64,000 nucleotides of DNA from positions 47,652,785 to 47,716,784 of the forward strand of contig NC_068991.1 in NCBI RefSeq assembly GCF_001194135.2, written 5' to 3'. Shown one piece after another: positions 1-13,887 of this stretch. This DNA is from Octopus bimaculoides (Eukaryota). The translations under genes were made by a program, and so were the position numbers. The first letter of the stretch is position 1. Every line of letters begins with the position of its first letter. Under the pieces are notes generated by a model that was given only the letters and a program-made list of their open reading frames with translations, searched no databases and was not told the DNA's origin.

Positions 1-97
1 ATATATATATATATATATATAAATATATGTATATATGTATTGCATTTATGTATTTGTTTTTCAAGATTCCTGATGTGAAATCATGTATTGAAACAGA

Positions 98-394
98 TAC
101 TTGGAGATGGTCATATTTTGCCAATTAGATATATGCACTACATATTTGGTCTTCACTTCAGCTTCTTTATTATTATTATTTTTGTTTCTTTGTCAAAGTT
201 CTTTTGCCACACATCCTGTGACCTCATCAACAACTCTTTATCCCACGTCTCCTCTTGTTCTGCTTGTTCTTTTTTTTTTCTTTTTTTTCGGTTAAACAGC
301 TTAGACAAAGAAACTAAAATAATAATAAAGTTGAAGTGAAGACCAAATATATAGTGTGTGTATTTAATTGGCAAAATATGACCATTTCCAAGTA
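98..394. repeat. Inverted repeat with about 100 bp arms and about 100 bp spacer (fold-back or MITE-like)
   Basis: 98-198 tacttggagatggtcatattttgccaatt...tttgtcaaag matches the reverse complement of 300-394 with scattered substitutions. Confidence 0.9.
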
Positions 395-543
395 TAACAA
401 TATATATACGTCTGTGTGTGGTTGCTCTTGAGTGCTATTGGTAACACATAACCCAGTACAAACTATTGAATGGTCAGCCATCAGTAACACAATCAGCAAG
501 GCTTACTGTGCCTGTGGGATTCAAAGCATGGATGGACCTAAAA

Positions 544-803
544 CAGGGGTTTTCAAACTTTTTGACTTGCAGACCCCTTTATATTTCAGGCTTTACCCTT
601 ATAAACGCTTATGGAATTTATACATAAATATTTGCTTAAAATAACATATTTTTACATCTATTTATTTAACAGTATTTAACAAATAGGTTTATTGTCAATT
701 ATACACACAGGATTTTTTTAATACGTACTTAGTGAGAAGGATGTGCTTGCTTGGCTCTGCATGGACCCCCTGTGGTCCGCGGACCACAGTTTGAAAACCC
801 CTG
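544..803. mobile_element. hAT-type MITE
   Basis: TIRs caggggttttcaaact / agtttgaaaacccctg; perfect 8-bp TSD acctaaaa (536-543 and 804-811). Confidence 0.9.
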
Positions 804-1163
804 ACCTAAAACAGTCAACAGCCATCCAATGACATGACATGACATATATCTATATGTATGCATAAGGACTTAGAAATTTCTGGTTTGGTACCCAGATATG
901 AATTTGACTTATCAGCCCAGGGTGGGTTGAACTCTAAGCAATCCTGAAGACAACTAATCCAGAAGATAGAGAATTCTAATAGAAAAGTGTGAGGTACGTT
1001 GTACATTGTGTTTGTGGCAAACATTTGCATCAACTTTCTGCTATCAGCATATCCAAAAAAGGGTGGCTGATCACAAGCCTTCAGCACTGAAAATAAAAAT
1101 TATCTATGTGGGTAGTCTAATAACTAGGTTGTTGGGTCTTCATACGTTGAAGACAGTGGGAGA

Positions 1164-1208
<45 letters not shown>

Positions 1209-1699
1209 CTGCATAATAATATATATAATAATATATATTCTCCAATTTGAAGCAACAATTTTTAAAACCAAACAAATGGCCAAAAACTGATGAGCTAACC
1301 TCAGCCAAAATCGAACCCACAAATCAATGCTAACATGGCTCCTTGCGCCATCCAATTGGGTCAATCACTCACCTATCAATTTCAGCCAAATTTAATGAAT
1401 ATATACTTAAACTGTCTAATACTACATATAATATTTGTATGTATGTGTAGTTGGCTGTAGTTGTACAGATGGGAAATTCACAACACAAATATGATTTAGT
1501 GCTCTTTTTGGCTGTTATACGAGCTTACTCAAATCCAAAGAGATCTGTATCTTTTTAGAAAATGTTCAACTGTTAAATGCAATTAGCGTATTAATTAAAA
1601 AAAAAAAATTCTCGTAAAAGTCTGGCATTGTGAATTTTTCTATACTTCATTATATATAAATGCAACGGTGCTTGGCATACACTAGTTTATATATAATAT

Positions 1700-2110
1700 T
1701 GCTGTGTGGTAAGAAGTTTGCTTCTCAACCACATGATTCTGGATTCAATCCCATTGTGTGACACCTTGGGGCAAGTGTCTTCTGCTACAGCTCTGAGCCA
1801 AGCAAAGACTTATGAATGGATTTGGTAGACAGAAACTGAAAGAAGCTCATTGTGTGTGTGTGTGTGTTACTGTCTTTTTGCCTTGACATCACATGATAGC
1901 TGTTAAATGTTTCTGTCATGCAAGATATGTCCTTCATTCCCAATCTTCTGTGAAAGCATGTCTGGTGATGGAGAAATATCAACTTATTTGGAAACAGGTG
2001 ATGGTTGGCAACATAAAAAAGGCATCCAACTGTAGAAAATCTGCCTTAACAAAATTCTGTCCAACCCATGTAAGCATTGAAAAGTGAATGTCAAAATGAT
2101 AATGATGATG
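1700..2110 (+). mobile_element. tRNA-derived SINE, head type A with RTE-like 3' tail
   Basis: A/B-box-like head gctgtgtggtaagaag...ggattcaatccc, core ccttgggcaagtgtcttc, (TG)n linker, tail ggcatccaactgtagaaa...(gat)n. Confidence 0.8.
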
Positions 2111-2532
2111 TTGAAGAAGAATGTGTATGAATATGTATGTGTAATAGTTTAATGCAGGCTGGTTGTTATATTTATAAATATATAATTGTTTATAATTTAG
2201 GTATGAAGCAAACAGTTTTGAGGGAAGGGAGTTAACACCATTTACTCCAATATGTGACTGGTATTTATTTTATTGATCCTGATAGAATGAAAGGTACACT
2301 TGACCCTACCAATAGGGAATACAGAATGTAAAGACCTTGATTAAAAACTGCAAAGCGATATGTCTGTCTGTCAGTCATTATTCAGTTTATTTTAAGATTT
2401 CTTGCCAATAGAGAAAGTAACCAATTTCTAACCTAGATCCAAGGCTCCTGCATTGGAATTTCAACACCAACAACAGGGTATGTATGTATGTTTTATGTAT
2501 GTATTCTCATATCTAGACATGCTCATGTATAT

Positions 2533-2775
2533 TTAAACGATAAATTTCTGGAAAGTTTTACAGATTTTTACAGTTCCAGTGATGGATTGTATCTGTAGTT
2601 TTTGAATTAGCTTTCTCATTTCTGGTTTTAAAAAGCCTAATTTCTCAAGATTGGTATTTAGGCAGTGTGTTACATATCCCAGGGCCCCAATAATTACAGG
2701 TATAAACCTGAACTTGTAATCTGGGTAGAGTAACTGCAGATTTCTCAATAGTTTAGCATAGGTGTTCTCGTTTTC
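2533..2775 (-). mobile_element. 3' end of a non-LTR retrotransposon ORF with restriction-like endonuclease (RLE)
   Basis: ORF ...YAKLLRNLQLLYPDYKFRFIPVIIGALGYV...LQIQSITGTVKICKTF resembles RLE-clade C-termini; 5'-truncated at a (GGAT)n/(GA)n tract. Confidence 0.75.
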
Positions 2776-3112
2776 ACTGAGAGGGAGGGAGGGATGGATG
2801 GATGGATGGATGGTTGGTTGGTTGGATGCATGCATGCATGATCAAGTAGTTGCAGAGTTTGCTTTGCAACCACAAGGTCCTGGGCTTGATCCCACTACAT
2901 GTCAACATGTATAGTCTTGGATTGATCTACATCTTGTTAGGGAAACAATATGGAAAACACATAGGATGGGGCATTTGTAAAATGCTACTTGTTGAAATGG
3001 GGAACTAAGCTAAAACCTTTTGAGAACCACTGCTTTTGTGGCATTGCTCACAAAACGGCAATTTGATTTGTTATGCAGGCCTTCAGCAATTTATTCATGT
3101 TCATTTTCATTC

Positions 3113-3525
3113 TCATCATTGTTTTAATGTTTACTTTCTTATGCTTGCATGGGTCAGATGAGATACCCTTTCTGTTGCCTCAGGTGTTTCCAAGTGAACT
3201 TATAATTTTCCAGTCTATCAGACAACATACAATCTGAACATGCTTATGTGAAGAACTGGAAACAAATGATACTGTATGAATGAGCCTTTTGTTTACAAAG
3301 ATTGTGCAATATGTTAAAAAAGACATGCTTTTGCAGTGGATTGGAAGCAAATGACACCATTAGCAATGTCACTGTTTTTTGCAGTTTCTGTCTACCAAAT
3401 CTACTTACAAGGTTTTGGTTAGCCTGGGGCTATAGTAGAAGACATTCACCCAAGATGTAACTCAATGGGGCTGAACCTGAAACCATGTGGTTGGGAAGCA
3501 AACTTCCTAACCACACAGCTATCCT
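3113..3525 (-). mobile_element. SINE (head A + RTE-like tail), degraded
   Basis: Reverse-complement homologue of 1700-2110. Confidence 0.7.
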
Positions 3526-3537
3526 TGTAATGGCTAT

Positions 3538-3925
3538 CATCATCATCATCATCATTTAATGTCCGCTTTCCATGCTAGCATGGGTTGGACGATTTGACTG
3601 AGGACTGGTGAACCAGATGGCTACACCAGGCTCCAATCTGATTTGGCAGAGTTTCTACAGCTGGATGCCCTTCCTAACGCCAACCACTCCGAGAGTGTAG
3701 TGGGTGCTTTTACGTGCCACCGGCACGAAGGCCAGTCAGGCGGTACTGGCAATGGCCACGCTCAAAATGGTGTATTTTACGTGCCACCTGCACAGGAGCC
3801 AGTCCAGCGGCACTGGCAATGATCTCGCTCGAATGTCTTTACACGTGCCACCGGCACAAGTGCCAGGAAGGCGACGCTGGGCACAGGTGCCATCACGATT
3901 TCGCTTTCGCTTGCCCCAACAGGTC
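3538..3925 (-). mobile_element. 5'-truncated RTE LINE 3' end (or RTE-derived short element)
   Basis: On the minus strand ends ...aggaagggcatccagctgtagaaactctgcc...ccaacccatgctagcatggaaagcggacattaaa(tga)n; near-identical copies at 29744, 53030, 61650; same tail follows the RTE ORF at 61330-61575. Confidence 0.8.
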
Positions 3926-5059
3926 TATAAGTTGTTTTTTCAATGCTAAATTGAACAATATGGTAATTATTCTTTTAATTCCTAAAATTTAAAGAATTAG
4001 CTGTAAACAATGATGAGGATGGAAATGAAATTCATGTGCAACATAAGGCATATTTAAACTTATTTTTTCTTAAATTCATTTTTGTAATCATTATTATCCT
4101 TATTGATGCAGAGGCAAACCAACTAAATGGATAATGTTAAAGTGTTGGTAGTTGAAGAGAATTTAAGTGTTCAAATGTTGATCAACTCAGCCTTTTCATC
4201 TTTTTGTTGGGGTTGATAAAATAAAGTACCAACCAGGTACTGGGGTCAATAGTATTAACCCCTCCCCTCAAAATTATTGGCTTTGTACCTAAATTAGAAA
4301 CAACATTAACCCTTTCCTTACCACCATGTTTCAGATCTTTTCTGTTTCTGATGCCAAATCTCTAACTTTTAAGTGATCACATTTAAGTTAAAAACCTTTC
4401 ATCACAATTTCATGTAAATCCCTTTCTCTGTTAAGTTGTGTTTCAAAATCTGACTTAATAATAAAAAAAAAGCTAGTTATTTCATAGTCTTTCCAAATTC
4501 TTCATCATCATTTAACATCCACTTTTCCATGCTTATATGTGTCAGATAGAATTTCTATGGCCAAATGCCCTGTGTTGTCAACCCTCACCTGTTTACAAGC
4601 AAGATAATAGTTCCCCTTGGCCAGACTTATTTTCATGGAAGATTGGAAATGAATGATGACACTGTGCCCTAAAGGTTAGGGTTATAACTATCATATAATG
4701 TCAAGAAAAGGACATATGCACACATACATATACATACATACATAGTACCATCACACAAAACTCTCAGGCCTTGAGTCACCCTGATACTTCTGCTAAATAT
4801 TAAGAAAAATATGTATGTATGTCTGTATGAATGAATGATTTATGGGCTTCTTTCAGTTTCAGCTTAACAAATCCACATGTAGTGGAACTGAACTAAAAAA
4901 CATGACATTGGGAAGCAAACTTCTTAAATACAGAGCCATGTACACACTTTGTTTATTTTTGAAAATTAATTGAAACATATTGGCAATATATTTAATTAGA
5001 AATATGGTCTTAAAAACATTAAGTAATAACTTGTAGCTCATATTCATTATACATGTATC

Positions 5060-5450
5060 ATTGTATACCCAGGTATGACACCTGTTAATTGCTTCATTTC
5101 ATACCTGGATGCAATACATTATCTATCTCATTTTGTACTTGGATGCAACACTTGTTACTTGCCTCATTTCACACCTGGGTGCAACACATAATACTTGCTT
5201 CATTTCATACCTGGGTACAGCATGTCAGCTGCCTCATTTCATACCTGGATGTAACACATTTTTTTACCTCATTTCACAACTGGGTGCAACAGATTTTTTT
5301 TTACCTCATTTCACACCTGGGTGCAACACATAATACTTGCCTTATTTCATACCTGAGTGTGACACACATTATTTGCCTCATTTTATACCTGGGTATGACA
5401 TATATTGAACCTGGGTGCAGTACATATTATTTGCCTCATTTCACCAAGCA
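5060..5450. repeat. Degenerate minisatellite, about 38-40 bp unit, about 10 copies
   Basis: Recurrent cctcatttca(c/t)acctgggtgcaacac...ttg. Confidence 0.85.
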
Positions 5451-5637
5451 GTGATGAGCGGCTCTCAGATTTTTTGGTGGGGATGTTACCAACGGTAGAC
5501 TGAAGACATTAGTCTCTCTCTCATCTGCTAAAACATCACATCACTAAGTATTATACTCCAGTACTATGGAACCCTTGCTATTCAATGAAAGGATTGATTT
5601 CATATGAGACAGTCACCATAGCAACTACCACCAAGCA

Positions 5638-5704
<67 letters not shown>

Positions 5705-6004
5705 GNNNNNNNNNNNNNNNNNNNNNNNNNNNNNNNNNNNNNNNNNNNNNNNNNNNNNNNNNNNNNNNNNNNNNNNNNNNNNNNNNNNNNNNNNNNNNNN
5801 NNNNNNNNNNNNNNNNNNNNNNNNNNNNNNNNNNNNNNNNNNNNNNNNNNNNNNNNNNNNNNNNNNNNNNNNNNNNNNNNNNNNNNNNNNNNNNNNNNNN
5901 NNNNNNNNNNNNNNNNNNNNNNNNNNNNNNNNNNNNNNNNNNNNNNNNNNNNNNNNNNNNNNNNNNNNNNNNNNNNNNNNNNNNNNNNNNNNNNNNNNNN
6001 NNNN

Positions 6005-6057
<53 letters not shown>

Positions 6058-6822
6058 ATGTGTGTGTATGTATATATATAAGTATTATATTGACCAGACT
6101 ATCAGATGTTATATACCACTAGTCACAATATGCTTCCTTGCATTGTAACTTTCAAATGCTAGGCTAGGTAAGTAGGCCAATATTCCTCCTTATTAGGATA
6201 CCAGTCTATCACAGGAGTATCCAATTTTACAGCTTAGTGAACTTGAATAACATGAAAGGAAGAGTTTCACTCAAGAGCACAATGCACTATTCCGAGAATC
6301 GAAACCATGACCTTGTGATCGTGAGTGCAACACCCTAACCACAAGGCTATGCACTTTCACACACTCATGTATATGTGTGTGTGGGCATATACATGTCTAT
6401 CCAAATATATCTTCTGTTACTGTATTGTTTCTGTCCATAATTTGCATCCCGGTTGTATGTTGTTATCCTTCACCTACTCCTTATTTGTCCATCAACTCTG
6501 TAATATTCCCTACATCACTAGTGCAACCAGAGGAGTAGTACCATGGAATTTAAAGCTTTCAGACTTTAAACGTGCTGAAACTATGCTTGAGTCTGATCTC
6601 CATGACTAATAAAAGGATTTCCATGTTTATTTGTCCTTTTCCATTAATCCTTTCCATTCTCTATTTTGACTTTTCATTTCATGATTGTAAACAGCCATAC
6701 AGCTAAGCTAGCACATATACATACACACTGTCATTTTATACTTGCACCCAACTTCCTCTGTCTATCTCTCTCGCTATTTATGTATGTATATATAAGTTTC
6801 GTTTATTCTGGGGTAGAAAATA

Positions 6823-7197
6823 TTACTCTTTTACTCGTTTCAGTCATTTGACTGCAGCCATGCTGGAGCACCACCTTTAGTCGAGCAAATCGACCCCAGG
6901 ACTTATTCTTTGGATGCCTAGTACTTATTCTATCGGTTCCTTTTGCCAAACCGCTAAGTTACGGGGACAAACACACCAGCGTCGGTTGTCAAGCGATGTT
7001 GAGGGGGACAAACACAGACACACAAACATATACATACACATACATATATATATATACATATATACGACCGGCTTCTTTCAGTTTCCGTCTACCAAATCCA
7101 CTCACAAAGCTTTGGTCGGCCCGAGGCTATAGTAGAAGACACTTGCCCAAGGTGTCATGCAGTGGGAATGAACCTGGAACCATGTGGTGGGTAAGCA
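6823..7197 (-). mobile_element. tRNA-derived SINE family A
   Basis: Same sequence as copies at 39494, 44857, 50816, 60121; internal (TA/CA)n; tail ...ggtgctccagcatggc...tgactgaaac..gtaaaagagta. Confidence 0.85.
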
Positions 7198-7397
7198 TTT
7201 AAAAAAAAATTTTTTTTACACTAGTTGTGTATATAGTTGATAAAAAAAAAGCTATAATTCAAGCCTGTAATCAATTTAACTTGCATAAATTAACACTCAC
7301 ACTTGTCCACAGCTGTCATCTTGTTTTCAATCAAACTCTTCTTTAATGATATATTAATTTTGGAGATTCTTGAGATTATCTTCTCTTGTCCTTTAAA

Positions 7398-7660
7398 TAA
7401 AAAATAATTAAATGCGCCCTTCTAAAGCCTAGCCAGGCTCATGGACCCGATTTCCCGGTTTCTATGGCGTATGTGTTCCCCAGCTGGACGGGATGCCAGT
7501 CCATCGCAGTGTTACTCATTTTTGCCAGCTGAGTGGGCTGGAGTAACGTGAAATGAAGTGTTTCGTTCAAGAACACAACACGTCGCCCGGTCCAGAAATC
7601 AAAACCACAATCTTACGATCATGGTGCTGATACCCTAGCCACTCAGCCACGCGCCTCCAC
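7398..7660 (-). mobile_element. tRNA-derived SINE with V-domain-like core
   Basis: 15-bp TSD ctcttgtcctttaaa (7383-7397 and 7661-7675); contains gcgatggactggcatcccgtccag; A-rich tail; near-identical copy at 53722-53982. Confidence 0.88.
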
Positions 7661-8709
7661 CTCTTGTCCTTTAAAGTTGGTAACAATTACTGCCAAGTGG
7701 TTTGTCTACTATCTCTGGAAACAGAGATTATTTCAATAAATCAAGAATTTATTTTATATTTGTTTTTTTTTTTAATATATTTTTTATTCCTCTTCGTTAT
7801 TCAGATACATGCCACTGGCTACTCTGAGTTGTGTCTCTAAGTTCATTTTCATATACACATGTACATATGTGTACATATATACATAAATACACAAACATGC
7901 AAGCAAACACATATACAATTACATGCCCACACACACACACATACATATATATTTATGTATGTATATACATACACAGGGGTCACCTGAAAAATAACTGGTG
8001 TGGAATTTATATACACAATATACTCTATACCTTGTGTTGGGTACCTTCCACTTTAGTTTACAAAGTGTGACATTTGAATTATCTATGTGTGTATGAATAT
8101 AGGTATGTTATACATGTGTGTGTGTGTGTGTGTACTGAAAAAAAAAAGAGATGTTATATAATATAGCACATGAGATGTTTCTAGAGGTACCTTGATTGTT
8201 TACACGTACAATATTGCTTGTTATAAAATTGATTTAAGAGCAAAGGGGAATTGAGTTACATGAAATATATTTTGGATATGTCAAAAGATTACATAATATG
8301 TTAGATATGTCAAGTCTATATCTGGAGAAGAGCATAGAAACCTCACATACACCTGCACACGCACGCACACACATGCAAAAGGGGATTTCTTACACAGACA
8401 AGAAGCCATAGCTTTATTGGTAAAAGAAAATGGGACATTACTATGGCTTTTTTTTTTCCTAGGTGAATTAATAGTATTAATACATTAACAGTATTAATTA
8501 TAACATCGACAACATTAACCATATCATATGTGTGTGTGTGTGTAGTCAGCTTCTCATTTGGTTTCCATATTTCTGAGTGAAAGAAAGTGATGTACTTTTT
8601 CCATTCAGTTATGTCCAATGAGTGTTAATTTACCTCTCCACAACTAGATGGTTCTTCAGCATGAAACCATTTAGTAATATATATTGGCTTTTATGAGAGT
8701 AAATTTATA

Positions 8710-9180
8710 ATAATAATAATAATTCTTTCAAATTTTGGCACAAGGCCAGCAATTTCGAGGGGAAGGGGTGAGTCAATTACATTGACTCTAGTACTTGACT
8801 GATACTTATTCAACCCGAAAAGAATGAAAGGCAAAGTCAACTTTGGTGGGATTTGAGCTCAAAACATAAAGAGCTGAAATAAATGCTATTAAGCATTTTG
8901 TTCAGTGCAATAACTCTGCCAGCTCACTGCTATAATAATAATAATAATAATAATAATAGTAGTAGTTTCAAATTTTGGCACAAGGTCAAAATTTGGAGGG
9001 GTCAAGTCAATTATATTGATCCCAGTATTCAACTGGTACTTACTTTATCAACCCCAACAAGATGAAAGGCAAAGTCGACCCCGGTGGCATTTGAACTCAG
9101 ATCGTAAAGATGGATAAAAAAACTGCTAAGCATTTCACCCAGCATGCTAACGATTCTGCCAGCTCACTGCCTTAAATAAG
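8710..9180 (-). mobile_element. Two head-to-tail copies of SINE family C, separated by (AAT)n
   Basis: Units ttcaaattttggcacaagg...gaaaggcaaagtc(a/g)ac...ctgccagctcactgc; minus-strand head ggcagtgagctggcagaatcgttagc; core cctttcatc...aagtaccagt. Confidence 0.8.
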
Positions 9181-9429
9181 AACAACAGCAACAATAATAA
9201 TAATAATAATATAATATAATATAATATATATAAAGTTTTAGTTTATTTTCTTGTACAGAATGCACATAGATGTGCTCAATACAACCTCATGTTAAAAAAA
9301 TATTAAATGTAGACTCGGCTATATATTTATTCATGTCATTTATGTTGGGGGATGCAAGAATGATGCACCAATTGATGTGTATAGTTGACCAAAGTGCCTT
9401 TCAAACTAAACTATTGAGCCATCCCTGTT

Positions 9430-9475
<46 letters not shown>

Positions 9476-12400
9476 TGAGAGAGAGACATACATAAATAAA
9501 TATCTGTGCAAGAAAATTGATACAAAATTTCATCTGCAGAAAGATCTAAGGTAAATATGTTGTTTTTTTTTTAACCCTTTTTATTGAATTTAATATTTAA
9601 AAAGAATGTTATATTTTCTTTTATAAATTTAGCAAAAATGTTATAAAGAACATAGATATGAGTTACATCAACTTGTCTGAATAATAAATTTAAACAACTA
9701 ATTAAAAAAAATATAAAAGTGACCACATTTTAGAGATCCAAGATACAAGATACAATTTTGCAACCAAGTTTTGATACTTGGTTGTCCCATTTTCATCCCA
9801 CTTGTGCCTTATAGTATCAGCCGATTCCATATTGTAATCAGTAGCCGAGAGAAGGTATTTTGGGGGTTTTTTTAATTCCAGTCTTGACTTGACTTTTGTC
9901 AGGTGCTTTCATGGTTGACTTGCTTTCAAGCATCTGAGTTCAAAACCAAACGTTTCAATGATGATATAATGAACCAATAAGGTTTAAGATCAATATTCAT
10001 TTTATCAACAAAAAAAAATCTTTCAAAAGTTTCTTTATATAGTTTTAATCACTGTTTAATCACAGGTCACTTCTGATTGGGTCAACGATATTCAAACCAT
10101 AATGCTGTAACAGTCTTGTTTTAACTTCAGGCATAGTGTATCAAGGACTATATGAACAGTCTCTCCTTCCCTTAAGCATTGTACATCTAGGATAGTATTA
10201 TTCAATGTATTCTTCCATTTTTTTAAGATGGCAAGGTATAATTTAAGGGAGATTTGGTTGTTATTTCTAGCAAGTTGAGTGATAATGCAGGGGATGCAAT
10301 TTATAACTTGTTTCCTATTGTATCTTGTCACAAAATCAGTTTCCCTATAACATTATTTATAAATATCACAGCTGACTGAACCAACATGAGTAGGGGACCA
10401 CCAGCTCACAGTCTGAAGGGTCGAAAGCTTCAGTTCATGAACTGGTGGTGTGCTATGTCCCAGTTATCATTAATATTGGTACAGGGACATGAATTGAAAA
10501 TAATAAGAGGGGAAAAATATAGTTGCTTGAATCAATCTCAGTACATGACTAATCCTTATATTTGTGGTCCCTGGATGGTTGAAGGGCAAAGTCAACTCCC
10601 GAAAGAGTTTACTGAAAGGTATTATTGTTATTTAACTTTATAATTATAAATGGTAACCCAGTCACTCCTTTATATATATCGGGGACAATATTGCTCATGA
10701 TAGCATTCCTTTTTAAGATGGTAGGGTGTGACTTGAGGGAGATTTGCCTGTTATTACTAGCAGAGCAGTTCAAGTGACTACTTAGAGGCTCCCTTGCTAC
10801 AGTCAACCAACTCCTTAGAGGTTCCCTTGCTGGTGCAATATGTATATAAGGGTGTTATTTAGTCTAGTGTTTCACTGTTTCTGCCAACGTCAGTAGTGTA
10901 CTATTATCTTGGAACAGAGCCACAATTTTGTTGGGATGGAGGGGAGTATAGTTGATTGAAGTGACCCCCATACATGACTGGTATTTATTTTATTGACAAG
11001 CAAAGTCAACACAGGACTTAAAGAGATGCATCTACAACTGTACAGTGTTTTAGTCAGACACTCAACCAGTCTGCAGTGTTTGTTGGTATGGAGCAACCCA
11101 ATGTCAAATGGGTAGGAAACGAGTGTTGTTGTTGTTATTGTTGTATAGTTCCTGCTCAGATCTGTTTTTGCAGACCTATAACTTGCAATCAGTTGGTCAA
11201 GTGACTGATTCACAGATCCATTCTAGAATTATTAGGTCTCTTCTTATCTGAGGACCACACTGCACACTCCGACATACAGTGAACAATTATGATAAAATTA
11301 GCAGAGAAATAATTGTCAAAATGATTTCTTAATTAGGCACAGAATCTTTTTCCTCCTCTTTTCTTGTTTTTGCAGCTCTGTTGCACGCTGGTGTATGGTG
11401 GTCATTGTTGTTACACCGTCATGTTTGCATCAGATGGAGGATTTGGAAGGAGGAAATAGGGATTAAGTCTAGGCAAGAGTCAGGATCAAAATGAGGTTAG
11501 AGATAAGGGAGATAATTCATAACTGCTATTTACGTGTTGTGCTTTGGAAGAGCATCTGCAACCACCAGGTGAGGTTGATCTTGAAGTTTACAGCCCAGAG
11601 GGCATCTTGAAGCTGGCTATCAGCATTTATAGACTCCATTGAAACCTCATAGAAGTAAAATCCGGTGGTTTTGCAAAATATACAGCACAATACTTGCTGT
11701 AGAAAACAAATCCACAAATAAGGGTTCAGAAATTTATCATTTATCCAACATGTCTTCCAGAAAAGATATAGGTTTATTTTAGCTTAAAGTAAGGCCAGAA
11801 TTTTTTTTTTTTTTTTGTAATTGGCAGGGTGCAAAGTGTTATAAACAGTTTAACTGATCTCCAGTATATTATTTGTACTTAGTTAATTGACACCAAGAGA
11901 TTTGAACTAAAAACAATGGGTTATTAAAATTAGATATGGTAAATTGTCCAGTATGAAAGTCTACAACGTCCTCCATCCCAACAACTCTCTCAAATAAAAG
12001 AAGAAGAACAAATGTTTTAAGGTCATTTTCCCAGTTAAAGTAGGGACTAACCTTGTGGACCTTATGACAGTTCAATTATTACCATCATGCCATGGTCCTC
12101 TTTTTTGAGGTAGTGTTTTACAGTCGGATGCCCTTCCTGCCACTAATTCTTTTCGTTACAGCACACAGGGATAAGGTGTACCTATTGTAAAACGCAGATA
12201 CACACAGACTCGAGTAAAAAGAACCATCAACCCCCCACCAAAAAAAACAAAAAAAAAAACGATTTCTTTTGATGAAGCACAAGGACTCAATATTTACATA
12301 GGCAGGGAAAATGAGAAGTTGTAACATTCATGCTTATCTCAAGAATGGTAAGTAATATAAATGATTAGGCTTCAATCAAGAACTGAAAGTAGGTCACAAA

Positions 12401-12764
12401 TTCAGCTCACTGTCAATTTGCCAATTTCTATGGGACATTTGTTATAATAATAATAATAAATCCTGACATAGGTACAGGCCACTAATATTTTTATCATGAG
12501 GAGTAAATCAATTAAATTGCCCCAAGCTTTATTTTATCAACCCTAAAAGGATATAAAGCAAAGTTGACCTTGGTGGGATTTGAACTTGAAACATAAAAGG
12601 GTACAAGCAAATACAGTAAGGTCAATGCTGATATGCTTCTGCCAATCAACTGCCCAGTAAATATATATTTATATAGAAATAATTGAAATTCAGTTGACTT
12701 ATGTACTTGTTGAAGCACCAAGTCAGTCCAGTGTTATCCGAACAGCTCGAAGGTGAATAAAATC

Positions 12765-12825
12765 AAGAAGTGATGCAGTATGACCGTTTCAAGCCGCTTG
12801 AAATGGTCATACTGCATCACTTCTT
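12765..12825. repeat. Near-perfect 61-nt palindrome
   Basis: aagaagtgatgcagtatgaccgtttcaagc-c-gcttgaaatggtcatactgcatcacttctt; 30-bp arms with one substitution. Confidence 0.95.
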
Positions 12826-12886
12826 AATATCCTGTTGCTTATTTTGATTATATATTTATATAGGTATCTTAGAATTTATATATATA

Positions 12887-12956
<70 letters not shown>

Positions 12957-13299
12957 CCTGATATGTTATGTGTGTTAATGTCTTAGACAATAATAATGCC
13001 AATTTCTTTTAAAGATAAAAGGTGATCAATGAAATTGATTACTATATAGTATTGGTATATATTGATTGATGAAGAACACATGATAGAGTTGGTCTCAGTG
13101 GAATTTGAACTCAGAACATAAAAGACTGTAACTAAATAAGACCCAGTATTCCATCTATTGCTCTAACTACTGCCCAACTACAGCTCTACACAATGCGACC
13201 TGTTGCTCTATTGTACGACCCACAGCCCTACACAATACCACAAGGTATTTCACCTGCTGCTTTATTCTGCTGTCTGGAATCCTACACAGTATCACATGG

Positions 13300-13720
13300 T
13301 ATTTTTATCTGTTGCTCTATTCAGCCATTGACAGACCTTCACAATGATAATAATTCTAATCTTAGCATAAGGCCTGCAATTTTACGAGAGCAGGGTAAAT
13401 CATTACCATTGGCCCCAGTGCTCACTGGTACTTACTTATCGCCTCCAAAAGAATGACAGACAAAGTCAACCTTGGTAGAATTTGAACTCAGAATGTGAAG
13501 TGCAGAAGAAAAGCCACAATTCTGACCCCTCACTGCCTTTACTTCTTTCTAATTTCGGCACAAGGCCAGCAGTTCTTTATGGAGAGATGGTAAGTTGAGT
13601 ACATTGACTCAGTGCTTAACTGGTACTTGGCAGCATTTGAACTCAGAATGTAAAGAGTTGGAATGAACACCACAAAGCATTACTTCTGGTACTCTAACAA
13701 TTCTGCCAGCTTGCTGCCTT
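13300..13720 (-). mobile_element. Two tandem degraded SINE family C copies
   Basis: Same motifs as 8710-9180. Confidence 0.7.
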
Positions 13721-13887
13721 GATGAGAAAGATAATAATTATAATAATTTTTATCTTTGGCTGAAGACAAGGAAATCTTACGAGAGAATGTCTCCAATTTA
13801 ATGAGTTAGCAATTATGCATATTTATCTGAACAGTCCCTTAATGAGATGAAAGACTCAGTATTTGATATTTTGGTTGATATTTAATA

